Below, in pieces: positions 47,992 to 57,320 of a stretch of DNA of 61,396 bases. The notes under the pieces were generated by a model that searched no databases, was not told where the DNA came from, and saw only the letters and a list, made by a program, of their open reading frames with translations. A program made the translations under genes and the position numbers. The stretch is taken from positions 1-61,396 of the IMG/VR virus record IMGVR_UViG_3300021433_000004; one strand, 5' to 3'. The DNA comes from a virus. Its lineage: Duplodnaviria > Caudoviricetes. Each line of letters opens with the position of its first letter. Within the stretch, counting starts at the first letter, position 1.

Positions 47992-49475
47992 TAACTCCAT
48001 GCTGTAATTGCCGGAGCCTTCATGCCGGCAGGCTTCTTGATGGGAGGTTTCACGATCATTGACGATATGCGGCTCTCCAAATAGCGCGTTGCGTCCATCT
48101 CGTGATCGTTCTGCTTCACCACGTGCCCTTTTTCGTCCCGGCGATAGAGTCTGAATTCCTGCAGCCAGTTTCCCAGCGTTTTGAAAACTTTTAGCCGGCC
48201 AGTAGACATCCGATTCCATACGGAGTAAAGGCCAGACTCCACGCCATTGTCAGCAAGGGTGAGATGTAGGCCCAAAGCACGGTAATCGTGCAAGAGTTGT
48301 TCACCGTCGCGCTGCCCTCGCCCCTGAGCGGCCGGGTCAATAAAGCCAGGTATCCATTCCCCGCGAGCCCGGATGCCGGCGGCATTCACGCTAGGCTCGG
48401 CTTGTGATCGTCTATGCTCGCCGATCACATAAAGAATGTCATTCTGGCGGTCTAATGCCCCCCAGACCGCTGCGGTGCAGTTCCAGCCTACGTCCATGCC
48501 GTATCCTTGCGGCCAATGAGCAGGGATTACAAATGGATCGACGAGCAAATCGGTTTCAGGGACTGGATAAATTGCGCCAGCGCCCAGCTGCGGGATTCCT
48601 TTTGAGCGGGCATCTCTTTGAAATGGCGGGATTGAGTTCCAAAGATCAGTCTTCGCCTGGGCGTCAAGATGGGGTGCATCATCCCATGTAGCCATGACAA
48701 TGTACTTCGTAGGCGTGGCGGCGGCTGCATCCAGTTTGCCATCGGGCAGAAAAGAAAGAACAACCTCGGAGAGCCCTAATAGCGGAGTGAAGGTCAGCAT
48801 CACCATGCCATTATTCGTCATCGTTCGTAGCAGGCACTCAGTATAGATCCCAAGATCAGGCTCCTCGTCCAGCCAGATAACATCTTGCTCGGTCCCTTGG
48901 AAAGACTCTCTGCGCTGATCATAAGTCTTTAGAACTAACTGACTTTCGCCGCCCTTCGCGTGTCTTACATAGACTGAATCAACCTTATCGGGTAAACCGC
49001 CACCGCCTCGTACAATCCGCGCGAGGCTATCTCCTGGTATGAGGCCCGTACCGAAACTCCCAATTGGTCCGAGGAGTTTCTTTTGAATGATGTCCCGAAC
49101 AGTGGTACCTGTATCACCAGCCGCCCATGCTGAAATCGGCCGCGAGAATCTTCGTCCTTCCCACCATTCTGGGTATCGTCCCGTCAGGTGTAAGGCGAGT
49201 TCATATCCTCCAACGCCTTCTGTCTTGCCAATGCGATTCGCGGCCAGCATCAGCCGCTCACGGAAACTCGTACCCGCACGGAAAAATTCCATATGCTTTG
49301 GGTACAAGTCCCGCCGCAGAGGTCCGCTATCGGGATAATAGTTCAGGATTTTCCTTCGGCCCGCCCGCCGCTTCTTCTCGGCTAGGAGCGATTGCAAGGT
49401 TTCCAGCTGTGTCAATCTCTGCTGCAATACCGAGCTCGCGGAGGATTCCTGAAATGCGATCGTTGAGGCTTCCAT
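47991..49475 (-). CDS. terL: Terminase large subunit
   Basis: Walker A AANRIGKT, Walker B WLDEEP, TFTPL, nuclease GMDVGW and DHEMDATRY. Confidence 0.95.
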   Translation of the reverse strand: MEASTIAFQESSASSVLQQRLTQLETLQSLLAEKKRRAGRRKILNYYPDSGPLRRDLYPKHMEFFRAGTSFRERLMLAANRIGKTEGVGGYELALHLTGRYPEWWEGRRFSRPISAWAAGDTGTTVRDIIQKKLLGPIGSFGTGLIPGDSLARIVRGGGGLPDKVDSVYVRHAKGGESQLVLKTYDQRRESFQGTEQDVIWLDEEPDLGIYTECLLRTMTNNGMVMLTFTPLLGLSEVVLSFLPDGKLDAAAATPTKYIVMATWDDAPHLDAQAKTDLWNSIPPFQRDARSKGIPQLGAGAIYPVPETDLLVDPFVIPAHWPQGYGMDVGWNCTAAVWGALDRQNDILYVIGEHRRSQAEPSVNAAGIRARGEWIPGFIDPAAQGRGQRDGEQLLHDYRALGLHLTLADNGVESGLYSVWNRMSTGRLKVFKTLGNWLQEFRLYRRDEKGHVVKQNDHEMDATRYLESRISSMIVKPPIKKPAGMKAPAITAWS

Positions 49476-50013
49476 CGTCTATCTTTTCAATCTCTATGCG
49501 GTGGTCGATTTCCACTTTAGTTGGAAACATCTGCAAATGCTTGCCTAAGCGCTCTAGATTCGCGCCCTTGTCGGCGAGTTTGAATTTCTTGATATAGCCG
49601 GCAAGATTGCGCTCCTCGCCTGCACCTGCAAATAACTCAGCCACTTCCAATCCCGAGATTGCACGCCGCGCATCTTCGCTAATTTCATGCAGAGGTTTTG
49701 CTGTACCGTCTTCATTCCAGAACTCCAAAGGATCGAAGAATGCTAATCGCGCCAATTCCATCTTCACGCGCTCGACCGTAATATCTAATTTGTCGTTATA
49801 TTTCTTATTCGCTGCCTCAATTTGAGCGCGAATCCTACCGTCTGCTAATAGCTGCGCACCTCGGACGGACGCTCCTTTTTCGCTGTAACCCGCTGCGATC
49901 GCTGATCTTGTTGCATTCCTGTCTTTTAGGAATTCCTTCACGAAGCGCGTGCGCCTCTGATGCACGGGAATGCGGGGGGTCTTGCCAGCTTCGATGGTTT
50001 CTGCTGTTTTCAC
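49327..50013 (-). CDS. terS: Terminase small subunit
   Basis: FVKEFLKDRNATRSAIAAGYS...KLADKGANLERLGKHLQMF. Confidence 0.93.
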   Translation of the reverse strand: MKTAETIEAGKTPRIPVHQRRTRFVKEFLKDRNATRSAIAAGYSEKGASVRGAQLLADGRIRAQIEAANKKYNDKLDITVERVKMELARLAFFDPLEFWNEDGTAKPLHEISEDARRAISGLEVAELFAGAGEERNLAGYIKKFKLADKGANLERLGKHLQMFPTKVEIDHRIEIEKIDDGSLNDRISGILRELGIAAEIDTAGNLAIAPSREEAAGGPKENPELLSR

Positions 50014-50264
50014 TGAATCAGCCCCCGCCGTAAAGCCTGTGCTACTGCATGGGTAATCGTATCTGCACCCAATTTATCCAGTACGTTCTTTGCCGTGTTC
50101 TTTACCACTTGCAGGCTCGTACCGTTCCAGGTGCGAGCAATATCCTGATAGCGCTGCCCTTGAGCCACCTGCTGAAGCAAATTCAATTCCTTGCGAGTAG
50201 GAGGCTTAGGAGGGCGAATGCGTTTGATACGAATACGAGCGCCAATGCTGCCGTAGTTAATCAT
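50010..50264 (-). CDS. Stand-alone LuxR/GerE-type HTH regulator
   Basis: TRKELNLLQQVAQGQRYQDIA...VKN...VLDKLGA...AVAQALRRGLI. Confidence 0.85.
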   Translation of the reverse strand: MINYGSIGARIRIKRIRPPKPPTRKELNLLQQVAQGQRYQDIARTWNGTSLQVVKNTAKNVLDKLGADTITHAVAQALRRGLIQ

Positions 50265-50449
50265 TTCGCAGGCCAACAAGCTCCGCAAAAGACGCAACGC
50301 CGCATCGCTTCTCCATCAATCGCTTCTGCCGTCACATTTCTGCGGCATAAGGGGCACTGCTCTACGTCCAGATTTCGCCAGATGTAAATCACTGTGAGTG
50401 CGACCGCTAACAGAATCAGGCCCAATCCGATTGCAGTGGCAACTGTCAT
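50261..50449 (-). CDS. Small TM plus zinc-ribbon protein
   Basis: Hydrophobic N-terminus; CPLC...CVFC; ATGA overlaps. Confidence 0.6.
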   Translation of the reverse strand: MTVATAIGLGLILLAVALTVIYIWRNLDVEQCPLCRRNVTAEAIDGEAMRRCVFCGACWPAK

Positions 50450-50784
50450 GGATTCCAAGACCACGGATGATCCGCGCCGCTGTCCGTCGTCGCCGGGATC
50501 GCAATGTACCGCTTCTTCACCGGAGGCTGATATACGCGCAATTCCCGGCCATCGACAGAAACAATAACCTTGCCCATCATCTCCTGCCGCAATCTCTCCC
50601 GCAGAGGCCCCCATTCTTCCTCCGTCAATAAATGCAAAGCGATATGCCGCGGACACGTCCAGCGGGCAATCTTCGCAGCCAGCGCTAAAGCTGCAACGGA
50701 CTGGGATGCAGAGTTTTCCGCACGATCAAATGCGGGATTCTGATCTTTCAGGAAAACTTGGATGCGAGAGGTGCGACGAGTCAA
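50446..50784 (-). CDS. Hypothetical protein, probably first gene of the late operon
   Basis: 112-aa ORF after a non-coding gap. Confidence 0.55.
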   Translation of the reverse strand: MTRRTSRIQVFLKDQNPAFDRAENSASQSVAALALAAKIARWTCPRHIALHLLTEEEWGPLRERLRQEMMGKVIVSVDGRELRVYQPPVKKRYIAIPATTDSGADHPWSWNP

Positions 50785-50949
50785 GGTGATCTTCCGAACT
50801 TGAGTTCGGGAGTAAACCTCGGTGGCGCAGAGGCAGAGTTGTATACTACAGGGTTATCTGTACACGAAAGGGAAGACAAAATGCAAGAGGGAAATTTAGA
50901 GGCCCGCGATTGAGCGCGACTGGGGGCGAGAACTCAATCACGGAACCCC

Positions 50950-51111
50950 TTACTCGACCCAAATATATGCCGGGTCGTTATCGCCATATTTGCCATTCGG
51001 TTTGAACAAATCACTGGGGCGCATTTCTGCCTTAGTGATCTGCCCGGTCATGAGCATATGCACTGCATCTTTGCAGGTTACTAGTCTGCGATTGTCATTC
51101 TCGCCGTACAT
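50950..51111 (-). CDS. Small hypothetical protein (53 aa)
   Basis: GGAGG RBS; MYGENDNRRLVTC...YIWVE. Confidence 0.55.
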   Translation of the reverse strand: MYGENDNRRLVTCKDAVHMLMTGQITKAEMRPSDLFKPNGKYGDNDPAYIWVE

Positions 51112-51122
51112 TCTAAGCCTCC

Positions 51123-51431
51123 CTAAATCCTTCTGCTGCCCTTATCGAAGTTGCAGGCCCAACAACTCAATGCCAGATTCTCGCGGTGATCATCATGCGT
51201 CGATCCGCCAGAGCCTTTGGGAATAATATGCTCCAATGTGGGCTCGCCAATGATTAGACCTTTATGCACATAGCAGAGCTTCGGCCCAGGCGCGTCGATT
51301 AACTCCTGTCGGCGACGTGCCAGCTCTTGTGGCCCTACCCACTCTCGATAGCCGCGAGGATGGTGCGGATCGTCAATTCTTCGGATTTCATTGGGCTTAA
51401 GACGTTTCACTTGGCTTCTCCTTTTGCCCAC
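51123..51431 (-). CDS. HNH endonuclease
   Basis: TLEHIIPKGSGG...ENLALSCWACNFDKG. Confidence 0.85.
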   Translation of the reverse strand: MGKRRSQVKRLKPNEIRRIDDPHHPRGYREWVGPQELARRRQELIDAPGPKLCYVHKGLIIGEPTLEHIIPKGSGGSTHDDHRENLALSCWACNFDKGSRRI

Positions 51432-51712
51432 TTAACTCCAAGGGGATGACAGAAACAGTCTTCTTTGCCTTTCCAGCCGCAATTACAATATCTCTGCGGG
51501 CGATAGGTGAAACGATGCCCATTGGAGCAAGCAAAGTGAGTAATATGGCAGTTATCGTCGTGATGATGCCGCTTTCCCTGCTCATCGTAAAACGGCATAT
51601 AGGCAACCAAAGTCTCGCTTGTGCCATGATCGGTTACCTTTGAAGTCACGCCTGCTTCAGCACAGGCAGGGCAAATAATAATATCGGGATGCAAAGTTTC
51701 TCCACGGTTCAC
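51407..51712 (-). CDS. Cys/His-rich zinc-binding protein
   Basis: CPAC, HHHD, CSNGH, CNC. Confidence 0.65.
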   Translation of the reverse strand: MNRGETLHPDIIICPACAEAGVTSKVTDHGTSETLVAYMPFYDEQGKRHHHDDNCHITHFACSNGHRFTYRPQRYCNCGWKGKEDCFCHPLGVKWAKGEAK

Positions 51713-51863
51713 GCAACTTCTCCTTTTGCCCGATGCTCCGAATAACAGCTTTCACGGCACCAGCGTTTTCCGCAGCACGGCTCGGAATGAATCCGACATA
51801 CCGGAGCACCGCAGTTTGCACACTGAGATGTAGCTCGAGTGTGATTGCCCTTCACGCAGCGTT

Positions 51864-52136
51864 TCATCGCCCACCCAGCTTATTGTGCAGCGGGTTATAC
51901 TGCCGCTCAATCCATGCCGCATGCTGCCTCTCTTCCTTGTCCGGCGTGTGTCTCCGCTTTTGTTCTTTTGGGGGCATTCCGCCTGTGCAGTTCACGATGA
52001 CGGAGTTCAGATCCCGAATCACGCGTTTGACGGCAAAGTCATAAGCCGTGCTGCCATTCCTGCCGTCTGTGAGTTTCCTGAAATCTATTTTCATTTGTGC
52101 CAGGTCCAAAGCCAATTTAGAGTCCGTATTCAGCAT
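51864..52136 (-). CDS. Hypothetical protein
   Basis: Overlaps the primase-like gene end. Confidence 0.55.
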   Translation of the reverse strand: MLNTDSKLALDLAQMKIDFRKLTDGRNGSTAYDFAVKRVIRDLNSVIVNCTGGMPPKEQKRRHTPDKEERQHAAWIERQYNPLHNKLGGR

Positions 52137-52686
52137 CGAGTTCTTTTCCTTCTTTGGTCGAGAGAAACAACTCCCATAATTTGTCCCATCCCCAACGCTT
52201 TACAAACTTCGCCGTTTTTGCGTCCCGCTGCCTGATCGCCTTCTTCTCCGGGTACATGCGATCCTCCACGGCTATGATCTGACGATCCAACTCTTCAACA
52301 CCAGACGGCCGAGTATTCACCACAATACATACCGGATAGCCTAGTTCCGCCATTTCGCTTTGCTCCAGCTGGAAGTTCGTCACGATTAACTTTCGCCGGA
52401 TGGCTTTAAGCTCACGCAACGTCTGCTCGTCCCTGAGTCTCGCTCGGACCTCAGGCGATTGTTTTGGGCGCTCGCCGAGCAAATCCTTCCATGTCAGCCC
52501 CATCGCCTTTAGAACTTCGTCCTGCGTGCAGCCCTGAGACATGCACTTGAAAATAATGGGTTGCTTTCGGCCTTCGGCTATCGATAGGGATGGGCGCTTA
52601 TCCGCGTGGGCTGGGCATCGGGCCAAATATCTCCCCTTGCCGATCCGTTTAGCTCCAAGAAGACTGGCAAACTCTGATACTGTCAT
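52117..52686 (-). CDS. Primase-type zinc-binding domain protein
   Basis: CPAHADKRPSLSI...FKCMSQGC; no catalytic primase domain evident. Confidence 0.8.
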   Translation of the reverse strand: MTVSEFASLLGAKRIGKGRYLARCPAHADKRPSLSIAEGRKQPIIFKCMSQGCTQDEVLKAMGLTWKDLLGERPKQSPEVRARLRDEQTLRELKAIRRKLIVTNFQLEQSEMAELGYPVCIVVNTRPSGVEELDRQIIAVEDRMYPEKKAIRQRDAKTAKFVKRWGWDKLWELFLSTKEGKELDAEYGL

Positions 52687-54221
52687 GCTGGCACCTGGGG
52701 CTGATTCCTTTCATTGTGCTTCGACTTGGCCCATGCGATCCGCTTGTGCTTGTCAAACTGCTTCACCGCATAGCTCGGTTCCCTAGGAGACTCCACAAGG
52801 CCACGCGGCCAAATCCCGAAATGCTCGCGGTATCCATTCGCTGCCCAACCGTCTTTGTATCCGCGCTCTCTGGCAAGGAATAACATCCCAGAGTAGAATT
52901 CCTGCTTCTCTGCGTGTGTCGGCTCCGCTTTCTTTTCGCGCTTCTCTTTAGTAGCCTTCTCATATTCCCACTGAGTCATCTCAACGAGTACCGCCGGAAT
53001 GAAATCTTTTGCCATACCCTTGAGTTCAGGGGGGATGCCGCATCTCGGACAGATGGGCTTGTTATGCATAAAACCGCATTGCTGGCAAGTGATCTGCACT
53101 TTCTCGGTTTTCTTTCGCTGCTCGTCCAAGTGCTCAACCTGCTCTTTGCCCTTGGCTAATTCCCAGTCTCGTGGCAATTCTAAGCGCCCATGGCGATAAA
53201 CATTTCCTGAGTGGTCATGGTATTGAAGATTGCGCTTGCCAGTGAAAGGACGCATTCCGCGCCCACCGGATTGCAGGTACTTGATAATGCTTTTCGAGGG
53301 AGCTGCATCAACGATGCAATCTATGCAAGGGATATCCGTTCCCTCGACATAAACCATCGCATTGCAAATTACCTGAGTCTCGCCAGAATTGATTTCCGCA
53401 AACACCCGATCCCGAATACTATTGTCCGTTTCGCCGTCGATGTGTACGGCCTTTACACCTGCCGCTTTGAACTGATTCATTAGGTGGATGGAATGCGCTA
53501 CGCCAGAAGCAAATACCATCGTCCTCCGATCACAGGCATATCGCTTCCAATTGTCAACGATGTCGCCTATCAGAACCGTGGCATTCATCACGGCTTCTAG
53601 TTGCGCTTTGTTGTACTCACCGGCCGTCAGCTTGACGCCAGTCACGTCCGGTATAATCCCTACCCGATAATCCACAGGGACTAGATATCCGTGGTCGATT
53701 AACCAGGGCATATCGGGAGTTCTCACCATTCGGTCAAAAATGTTTCCCAAGCCAAAGCCATCAGTGCGTATGGGAGTAGCCGTTAAACCGAGAACTTTTG
53801 CCCCGCTTTGCTTGTAATGGTCAATGATCGCTAGATGGCGGTCCGAACCCGCTCGATGAACTTCGTCTACTACCAGTAATCCAGCTTCCGGGAATCCTTG
53901 CTGCTTCCGCCGCGCCCAAAGGGTATCTATCGAGGCCACCTGTACGTCAAGCCACTGCATTGGAGCATGGTCAGCCATGATAATGCCAGCCTCAATATCA
54001 GCATCAGCCAGCTTTGTAAGAGTTTGCGCTACGATCTCGCGGCGGTGGGCAAGAACCAGAACCCGCTCTTTCGCGTGCTCTCGGCGCATGGCTATCAGGT
54101 GCGCCCCAGAGATCGTCTTGCCCGCTCCCGTCGGAGCTTGTAATAGAACTGCTTGGACCTCTTTGAAGGCCCGCCATACGTCCCGATTTGCCTCTAGCTG
54201 ATACTCTCTAAGATTTAACAT
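52683..54221 (-). CDS. Superfamily 2 (DEAD/DEAH-like) helicase
   Basis: APTGAGKT, DEVH, TATP, QSGGRGMR, C-terminal Zn finger. Confidence 0.93.
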   Translation of the reverse strand: MLNLREYQLEANRDVWRAFKEVQAVLLQAPTGAGKTISGAHLIAMRREHAKERVLVLAHRREIVAQTLTKLADADIEAGIIMADHAPMQWLDVQVASIDTLWARRKQQGFPEAGLLVVDEVHRAGSDRHLAIIDHYKQSGAKVLGLTATPIRTDGFGLGNIFDRMVRTPDMPWLIDHGYLVPVDYRVGIIPDVTGVKLTAGEYNKAQLEAVMNATVLIGDIVDNWKRYACDRRTMVFASGVAHSIHLMNQFKAAGVKAVHIDGETDNSIRDRVFAEINSGETQVICNAMVYVEGTDIPCIDCIVDAAPSKSIIKYLQSGGRGMRPFTGKRNLQYHDHSGNVYRHGRLELPRDWELAKGKEQVEHLDEQRKKTEKVQITCQQCGFMHNKPICPRCGIPPELKGMAKDFIPAVLVEMTQWEYEKATKEKREKKAEPTHAEKQEFYSGMLFLARERGYKDGWAANGYREHFGIWPRGLVESPREPSYAVKQFDKHKRIAWAKSKHNERNQPQVPA

Positions 54222-54712
54222 GAGGCCTGCTCGTATGCTGACCCGCATGCCCTAAGTATGCGATGCACGACAGACGGTATATCCGCTTCGACTTCTTCGT
54301 TCGTGAACCTGACAACTCTGATCCCGGCCCTTCTCAATATCCGTGTTCTCTGTGCATCTTTCTTGCCGCGGAACAGATGGTACGGGCCATCGACCTCAAT
54401 AGCCAACCTGACTCGCGGTATGTAAAAATCAACAATGTAGCATTCGGCGGGATATTGGAAGCAGACTTTAAGTTTATGGCGGGGGAGGACTTCTCGGAGG
54501 ACATTGAGCAGAGTCCGCTCCGCTTTCGTGGCATTGTCGATATTCTCAAGGGCGAACCGTTTAATGCGTGGACTAACTTTGTGCGGATTGTGCAGCTCAG
54601 ACCGTAACCGCTCCTCCCTCCTCTGGCTCTTTGACTTCTTTCGGACGTGCGGAGGAATCCCGAACTGATATTGCATCGACAACGATCGGTATTCGTCGGC
54701 TGATTTGGGCAT
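54215..54712 (-). CDS. DUF559/Vsr-like endonuclease
   Basis: YIVDFY...AIEVDGPYH...DAQRT...VVRFTNEEV. Confidence 0.88.
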   Translation of the reverse strand: MPKSADEYRSLSMQYQFGIPPHVRKKSKSQRREERLRSELHNPHKVSPRIKRFALENIDNATKAERTLLNVLREVLPRHKLKVCFQYPAECYIVDFYIPRVRLAIEVDGPYHLFRGKKDAQRTRILRRAGIRVVRFTNEEVEADIPSVVHRILRACGSAYEQASC

Positions 54713-55148
54713 GGTTACCTATATACCCTACTGATTTAGTAGCCTACAAGATCAAAATCTAAATCAAGACCCTGGTGTTGTTCTTAAATCAAATGCTTGA
54801 TTCCAGAGCAGGAAAAAGCAGGGGCTACAACCACTGAATTTTCCTGACGCCATGCTTTCATCCGTCGCATGTGTCAGCGTGCAATCGCCTTTATGCACGG
54901 CCCCCGCAGGGGTCGTCCCCCTTAACGATGGGCGATGGCGCACGCGCCGCAGGTCACCGGAGCACGCTCTGGGGCGCAATCCCCATTGCCTGCACAGAAA
55001 ATAGCTACGGGCGCTGCAAAACTCGAATTGATTGAGATTGTCATTCGCCAAGGAGCTAAACGGGACAAGAAGGATTGGGCGGTTCTGGCGGCTCCTTGGC
55101 GAGGAATTTAACCAGGGGACCGCCCGCTCCAAATTGTTCCGCGAAACA

Positions 55149-55178
55149 AGTGTAATCACACTATCAAACCCTTTGCAA
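55149..55178 (-). promoter_or_regulatory. Putative sigma70 promoter for the replication operon
   Basis: TTGCAA-18 nt-TACACT on the minus strand. Confidence 0.5.
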
Positions 55179-55276
55179 GCTAAAAATACAGCGAATCCCG
55201 TATTTTTTCCAGCAGAACGTTTGCGTTACTATGTAGGCACTAGCTGCATTAAATATTCCGCACCAAGAGGCTCCGA

Positions 55277-55483
55277 ATGCGATTCTATGACTGGCTGCTA
55301 CATCTCAAGGCCGATGGCCGCCTGAATCACAAAACCCTGCAACTGCATCAGATCCCAGAACCTTACCTGCAAGAACTCTGGGTGGAAGGTGTCTGCCCTA
55401 CCGTCCGGGCGGTCATCAATTTCTGCCGCATGGACCCAGAACGATTCAAAGATGCGATGGAGAAGTACGAGCTCGCCGCATAA
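55277..55483 (+). CDS. Hypothetical protein, lone rightward gene
   Basis: GAGG RBS, 68 aa. Confidence 0.6.
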   Translation: MRFYDWLLHLKADGRLNHKTLQLHQIPEPYLQELWVEGVCPTVRAVINFCRMDPERFKDAMEKYELAA

Positions 55484-55577
55484 TCCGTGCGCTGGCTGGC
55501 CTAGCGTTCGATTCTAGCGAGGTTTAGGCTATGGCCTGCCTCTGACTACCCCGAAAGGCCAAACCGCCTCTAATCGC

Positions 55578-55763
55578 TTATTCTGCCCACCAAGTCAGCC
55601 AGGCCATGTAGCCCGCCGAAATAGCGAAGAAGCTGAAGGCCGCTAGCACCAGCACGGCCGCACAGTAATCCCATGCCGTCCATGGCACACGCGATTTCTG
55701 CCGGTTCCGCAGCAGGTAGAAGTCATTGATCTCGGCATCCTCTTCCGGTTTCTCCCATGCCAT
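55578..55763 (-). CDS. Small membrane protein
   Basis: C-terminal TM helix; coupled to the upstream gene. Confidence 0.55.
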   Translation of the reverse strand: MAWEKPEEDAEINDFYLLRNRQKSRVPWTAWDYCAAVLVLAAFSFFAISAGYMAWLTWWAE

Positions 55764-55948
55764 CATCGCGGTTTCCTTTCGTACGCACTCTTGATTAACT
55801 GCTCGACGCTTTCCGTAACAATCTGCCGATTCAATAACTTGCCCAAGTGCATCAAGGCTCCCGATCCGCAGCACTCACAGGCTGAGGCATTCTGCCCGAC
55901 AGAATCACAATTGACGCATAACCAAAGGCGCGACAAGGGAGTGATCAT
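55763..55948 (-). CDS. Small zinc-ribbon protein
   Basis: CVNC...CECC; ATGA overlap. Confidence 0.6.
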   Translation of the reverse strand: MITPLSRLWLCVNCDSVGQNASACECCGSGALMHLGKLLNRQIVTESVEQLIKSAYERKPR

Positions 55949-56637
55949 GCCGCCACCGGGAATTCATGTACCCAGTAACTGTCTGGGATTCTGCCCTGCA
56001 TTCCAGATTTTGGGCCAGAGTCCTGCTTCACGAATATCGGCACCAAGGAAGTCCGGCATTGATCTACAAGGTCCGTAATCCACCGCAATTGGCAATCACG
56101 GTCCGAGCCTGACTCACCGCCCACAATCACCCAGTCAATCGAATGCAGCGGGACGGGAGTCAGGGCTGCAAGTAGAGGCTCAAGCGAAAGGAACCTTACC
56201 CTGGCCGGAATCTGTTGCAGGTAGATGATGCGGTCGAAATAGAACTGGCTTTCTACGCTCACGCCAAGCCAGACATTCGGGTAACCATCGCCCCAATCAG
56301 CAGGTAGCCGTTCGGCAATCAACTCGGGGCGCTTGGTGAGAATCTGGTACGTCAGATGCGGTGTCTTTCTGATGATCTCCCACGCTTCAGTTCGCCACGC
56401 ATCCGCCGACTCGATGAAGAAGTCCGACCATGAGCACGTAAACACCATGCGCGGCTCCTTCCATTTAAGTGGTGCATTGAATGTGGTCTTGCTCCGCTGC
56501 ACCTTGTAGGGATCACGTCCATATCTCTGCATCTCGCGGTACATATAGCAAAACTTGCAGCCAGGTGAAATCTTCGTGCAGCCATACCAAGGATTCCACG
56601 TTGCCTCAGTCCAGCCAATATCGGTAATTTCCCCCAT
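55945..56637 (-). CDS. DUF5131 (phage Gp37/Gp68, radical-SAM-like) protein
   Basis: TWNPWYGCTKISPGCKFCY, LTKRP, WLGVSVE, SLEPLL, WVIVGGESG. Confidence 0.93.
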   Translation of the reverse strand: MGEITDIGWTEATWNPWYGCTKISPGCKFCYMYREMQRYGRDPYKVQRSKTTFNAPLKWKEPRMVFTCSWSDFFIESADAWRTEAWEIIRKTPHLTYQILTKRPELIAERLPADWGDGYPNVWLGVSVESQFYFDRIIYLQQIPARVRFLSLEPLLAALTPVPLHSIDWVIVGGESGSDRDCQLRWITDLVDQCRTSLVPIFVKQDSGPKSGMQGRIPDSYWVHEFPVAA

Positions 56638-57320
56638 TATTTTGCCTCCGTCAGTTCGGTGACTATGGGCCGCGCCGCGGTCAAAGTGTGCAGCATCTCA
56701 GCCAGTTCATCTAAGAACTTTCCAACCTCAGCTTCACACTCTGCGATTCGCTCTCGATCCCGATGATGCCGGCGCACGAATAACCGCAAGCCAGGAGTAA
56801 TCATTTCCTTGCAATACGATCCATAATCAACCCACTCTCGCTCGGGGGCGCAGGCTAACTGCATGTTCATCTGCCAGATATAATCCTCTGGAATCACACC
56901 GCCGCGAAGAATCTCGAAATGGTTTTCGGGTTTGAGGTTCTTAAGCTCCAAGAGGCCGATATCGCCCACTTTGGCATCCGGAGAAGCTCCTGCATATTTG
57001 ATCGTATCGTGCAGGTAAAATCCTCCATTCGTAGTCATCTCCCCAGTTTCGGCTTCATAAGCGGCCAGTGCTGCGGCTTCATCTTCTTGCCCGCGAATCA
57101 TCCAGTCCGAGACGTAATGTTCCGAAGCTCTTCCGGTTAAATGTTCGCAGGCTAACTCAACCATGTAGTTGTAGCGAGAGGCTTTATAATCGCCTTTCTC
57201 CCCGTTCGCTGATTTCTTCTTGAGGCGTGCAATAATATCGTGCATGCGGGAAGCCGTACAAACGCCAACCCGCATACGCAGCCATTCATCCGAGTGCTGA
57301 TCTACATCAACCCATGGCAT
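56637..57320 (-). CDS. YqaJ/lambda-exonuclease family recombination nuclease
   Basis: QHSDEWLRMRVG..TAS, GASPD, LELK, YIWQMNMQL. Confidence 0.9.
   Translation of the reverse strand: MPWVDVDQHSDEWLRMRVGVCTASRMHDIIARLKKKSANGEKGDYKASRYNYMVELACEHLTGRASEHYVSDWMIRGQEDEAAALAAYEAETGEMTTNGGFYLHDTIKYAGASPDAKVGDIGLLELKNLKPENHFEILRGGVIPEDYIWQMNMQLACAPEREWVDYGSYCKEMITPGLRLFVRRHHRDRERIAECEAEVGKFLDELAEMLHTLTAARPIVTELTEAK

Noticed and set aside
33986-50264. ACP + GNAT + LuxR as an AHL quorum-sensing circuit
   Set aside because: The LuxR ORF lacks an autoinducer-binding domain, is 15 kb away, and the GNAT lacks recognisable LuxI motifs
54764-55159. 131-aa minus-strand ORF
   Set aside because: Start lies within the putative promoter, no RBS, atypical composition; treated as probably non-coding
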